Under the pieces are notes generated by a model. That model saw only the letters and a program-made list of their open reading frames with translations, had not been told where the DNA came from and did not search any database. Below, piece by piece: positions 61,085-64,000 of a stretch of 64,000 bases of DNA (within the stretch, counting starts at the first letter, position 1; every line of letters begins with the position of its first letter). Source of the stretch: Oikopleura dioica (taxonomy: Eukaryota; Animalia; Chordata); assembly GCA_907165135.1 (NCBI GenBank), contig OU015568.1, positions 5,828,001 to 5,892,000 of the forward strand, in the 5' to 3' direction. The translations under genes and the position numbers were made by a program.

Positions 61085-61577
61085 CTGCAGCTTCTTTTTC
61101 TTGAAAATTTTTCTCAATCTCTTCATTTTTCAAAAAAAGGAGTTTTTAAAATGGTCTCTTCCTTGAAGAAGATAGTTAACCGGCAAGAAAGCGGCTGGCT
61201 GGTGACTCTGAAAAACAAGTCAAAGTAACCAAATAGTCGTGAAGTCCTGCGCTGCGTCCAGCAACCAGTACATATTTATTGAAAAACGTGAGTCAGAGTG
61301 TCAAAGATAAATAATGAAATTTTTGAAAAACGAATCCGCAAAGCGGCTTGGCAAGATGTTAAACAGAAATTATAAAGATAATTTCGCAATGCGGCTTTTC
61401 ATCATTGATCTTTCAGACCCTGAAATTCAGGGCCTGAATCAAGTTTTCCAGAAATTTCGCCGAAAGGTTTTCAAAGAAAAAAGCAATTTGCAACAACTAA
61501 AACAATTATTTTTGAGAATTAAGAGTTATTTTTTTCAAGCAAAAGCCATAGAAAAAAATCATAAAAAGAAAGAGAAA

Positions 61578-63275
61578 ATGTAAAATTCGAAAGCCAACGA
61601 AGCGGCTCTCTTTTCGAATTTTTGCGAAAACACTTCCGCCCATGGCCTCGGGAAAATCTCCGGATCAAAGAATCGAATTCTCAAATCGACTTGGGCGCTG
61701 ATTTTTCTGATTTCGCTGACGATTTTCTTCTAGCAGGCGACGATGCTGATCCTGGACTATCTCGAGTACCCGGTGAACTTGACGATGAAAGTGGTCAATC
61801 ATCGCAACTCGACGTTTCCGGCGATCACCATTTGCAATCAGAATCGATTTCAGAAGTCGAAATTGCAAGGAACGCCTTTTGAGCCGCTTGTTCGAATCGA
61901 CGAGGCGCTAGAAAATGACCCGTCGCTGAAAAGAAGAAAGAGAAGATTTGTCGAGCTGCAAGAGTTTTCTGATTTTGAAGAAAACGACAGTCAGTTGGTT
62001 TCAGATCTTTTCGTAAGAAATGACAAACTCAACTGGACAATAATTCTTGACGAAGTCCCTGTCGATCGAGTCGCTTCATTAGGAATCGGCCAAAAGACTG
62101 ACATTTCTTTGACAATTTGACTTTTTTAGCCGAAAAAAGACAGCCTTATTTCCGCTTCGAAAGACCAATCTGAGCGATTCGGGCAAAGCTTTGAAGATTT
62201 TGTTATTTCCTGCGAATTCGACCAGGCTCCTTGTGGAAGGGATGATTTTTTGACTTTTCAGCATGAGCAGTATGGAACTTGCCATACTTTCAATGGTCAT
62301 TCCATGAAGCGCAGGAGTACCTCAAACATCGGTTAGTTTCCCCGAATATATAGAATATGAAAGTCTTGATTTCAGGAACGGAGTACGGATTAAAGCTAAT
62401 TCTCTTCGCCGACGAGTCCGAATACGTCGGCGCCACCTCCGCGACCGTCGGAGTCCGCTTCGACATCCACCAGTATGGATCAATTTCGTTTCCAGAAGAA
62501 CACGGTCAAAACGCTCCAGTTGGCGCTGCAACGGCTGTTTCTCTCAGAGCAAATCAAATTTCAAGAACGGTTCTGCCTTGGAACAAGGAGAACTGTACCA
62601 ATGTTTATGACTCTAACGATCCGGAATATGACGGGCATTATACTTACAGAGCTTGTCAGAAAGGATGTCTTCAGCGGCATTTGAGGGATGAGTGCGGCTG
62701 TGTGACGTCATTGTTTTTGAAGAAAAATGACCCTGTTTGTGGTTTACTCGACAAAACAACTTGTAAGTGACTGTATTGTGTCGTCGGTAATTGATTTAAT
62801 TGAAGACCTTTGTGTCGAAAAAATCAAGGAAGACTTCCAATCTGGGCTAATTAACGATTGTTTCTGCAGCCAGCGCTGTTCCGAGGTCTTTTATGACCGT
62901 TAGTAAAACATTCTTTAGACAATGACTAATATTTTTTCAGTGCATTACAGCACGGTAAAATGGCCTAGCTCTCAGTACGAAGGGCTGCTACTCAGCGCTA
63001 TTTCGAACTCAACCGCTGCGGCAAAAATTCGCAACTCAACTGATCTTCAGTCCGCTGTGGAGGATAATCTGCTTCGATTGAGCTTCACCTTCGACGAATT
63101 GAACGCGAAACTGATCGAAGAAAGCCCTAAATACGACATTTGGACGCTTTTTGCGAATATTGGCGGAACACTTGGACTCTACGTCGGAATTTCTTTCATT
63201 ACTTTGTTCGAATTTCTCGAAGTTCTAGCCGACATTTGTCTATTTACCTGCTGCTATCGCTGTAGCAAAGATTAA
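61578..63275 (+). pseudogene. DEG/ENaC channel paralogue B; domain set complete but with two in-frame stops near the N-terminus
   Basis: TSAHGL, TM1, FPAITICNQN, YGTCHTFN, GLKLIL and GGTLGLYVGISFITLFE are present. The stops are TAA at 61581-61583 and TAG at 61731-61733. Confidence 0.7.
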
Positions 63276-63444
63276 TATCAAATAAAAAGCTGCTTTTCTT
63301 TTTTAAAAGACAATCTTCTTTGATTTCCCGGAAGACAGGTTTTCAGCTGCTCTTCAGAAAAATCATTTTTTAAAGATGTTTTACCCAGGATTCTCGTGAA
63401 TGAAACTGAAACTAGAATTCTTTCAAGATATTTTTGCTCACTGT

Positions 63445-64000
63445 TTATTTCGGAGTAAGAGTGATTGAATAGGCTTGAGGCAGAAGATACCACTTTTCTG
63501 TGTCCATGTTTAATTCATCGTTGGTCAAAGCAACAAACTCGTTATTTGGTCCGTAAAAGACATAATCTTTGTTGTAGTGGAAACAATCTCTCATCATTTC
63601 TTCAGAAGCATAGAATTCGCGAGAAATGGGAATTCTGATTTGATCGCCAGAATGGTCGATGAGAGTGTTTTGGAGAATGAATTTCGAGTTTTCGAGTCGG
63701 TCCAGCACCATTTGGTCGAAGATTAATGATCCGTCGGGGTTGAGATATGCGCCGGTGACGGTTAGGGGACGGGTGGAGGAGAATTTGTGGTGGAGAAGCA
63801 CTGAAAATATTTTACTCTTTTCAAAGTTAAGATGACGAAGTTGAGATACCTAGCTCGAAATCAAAATTGCCTATTGTGAATCCTCCACGCAAATTTTGAA
63901 TAATTTGCCATCCACTTTCATTCAAATAAGTTTTCAATTTCAATCTTCTGAGAAGCAAATCAATTTCGTTTGTTTGGAATTTTTGTTCTTCGAATTTTGG
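63445..64000 (-). CDS. Paralogue of the papain-like C-terminal exons (continues beyond the window)
   Basis: Near-identical to 58285-58860, but with Asp in place of the putative catalytic His. Confidence 0.7.

Overview
This is compact, AT-rich animal DNA with many 33-70 nt introns, some GC/GA donors and dense palindromic MITEs. That pattern suggests the larvacean tunicate Oikopleura (inferred, not verified). The centrepiece is an 11.35-kb Ty3/Gypsy-type LTR retrotransposon (24244-35592) with 274-bp LTRs that look identical by eye and gag joined in frame to pol by a UGA-CUAG readthrough-type stop. Where env would normally sit there are two unexplained accessory genes pointing away from a ~400-bp spacer. 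One is an ANTISENSE 11-exon gene (ten GT-AG introns of 39-68 nt, all phases consistent, 1061 aa, own AATAAA) that the ORF track shows only as fragments. The other is a sense 310-aa lysine-rich ORF. Host genes include an FN3 protein, a SEA-domain mucin, a secreted EGF protein, a MEA1-like gene, a zinc-finger gene, a monoglyceride-lipase-like hydrolase with Cys at the nucleophile position, shuffled kinase/coiled-coil/RING paralogues, a PLA2-like protein lacking His-Asp, a 5'-truncated arylsulfatase, two DEG/ENaC paralogues with lesions, and a kinase fused to a papain-like domain. Several introns appear to have been created by DNA-transposon insertion. A 5.75-kb nested foldback element carries 276-bp and 57-bp tandem arrays.
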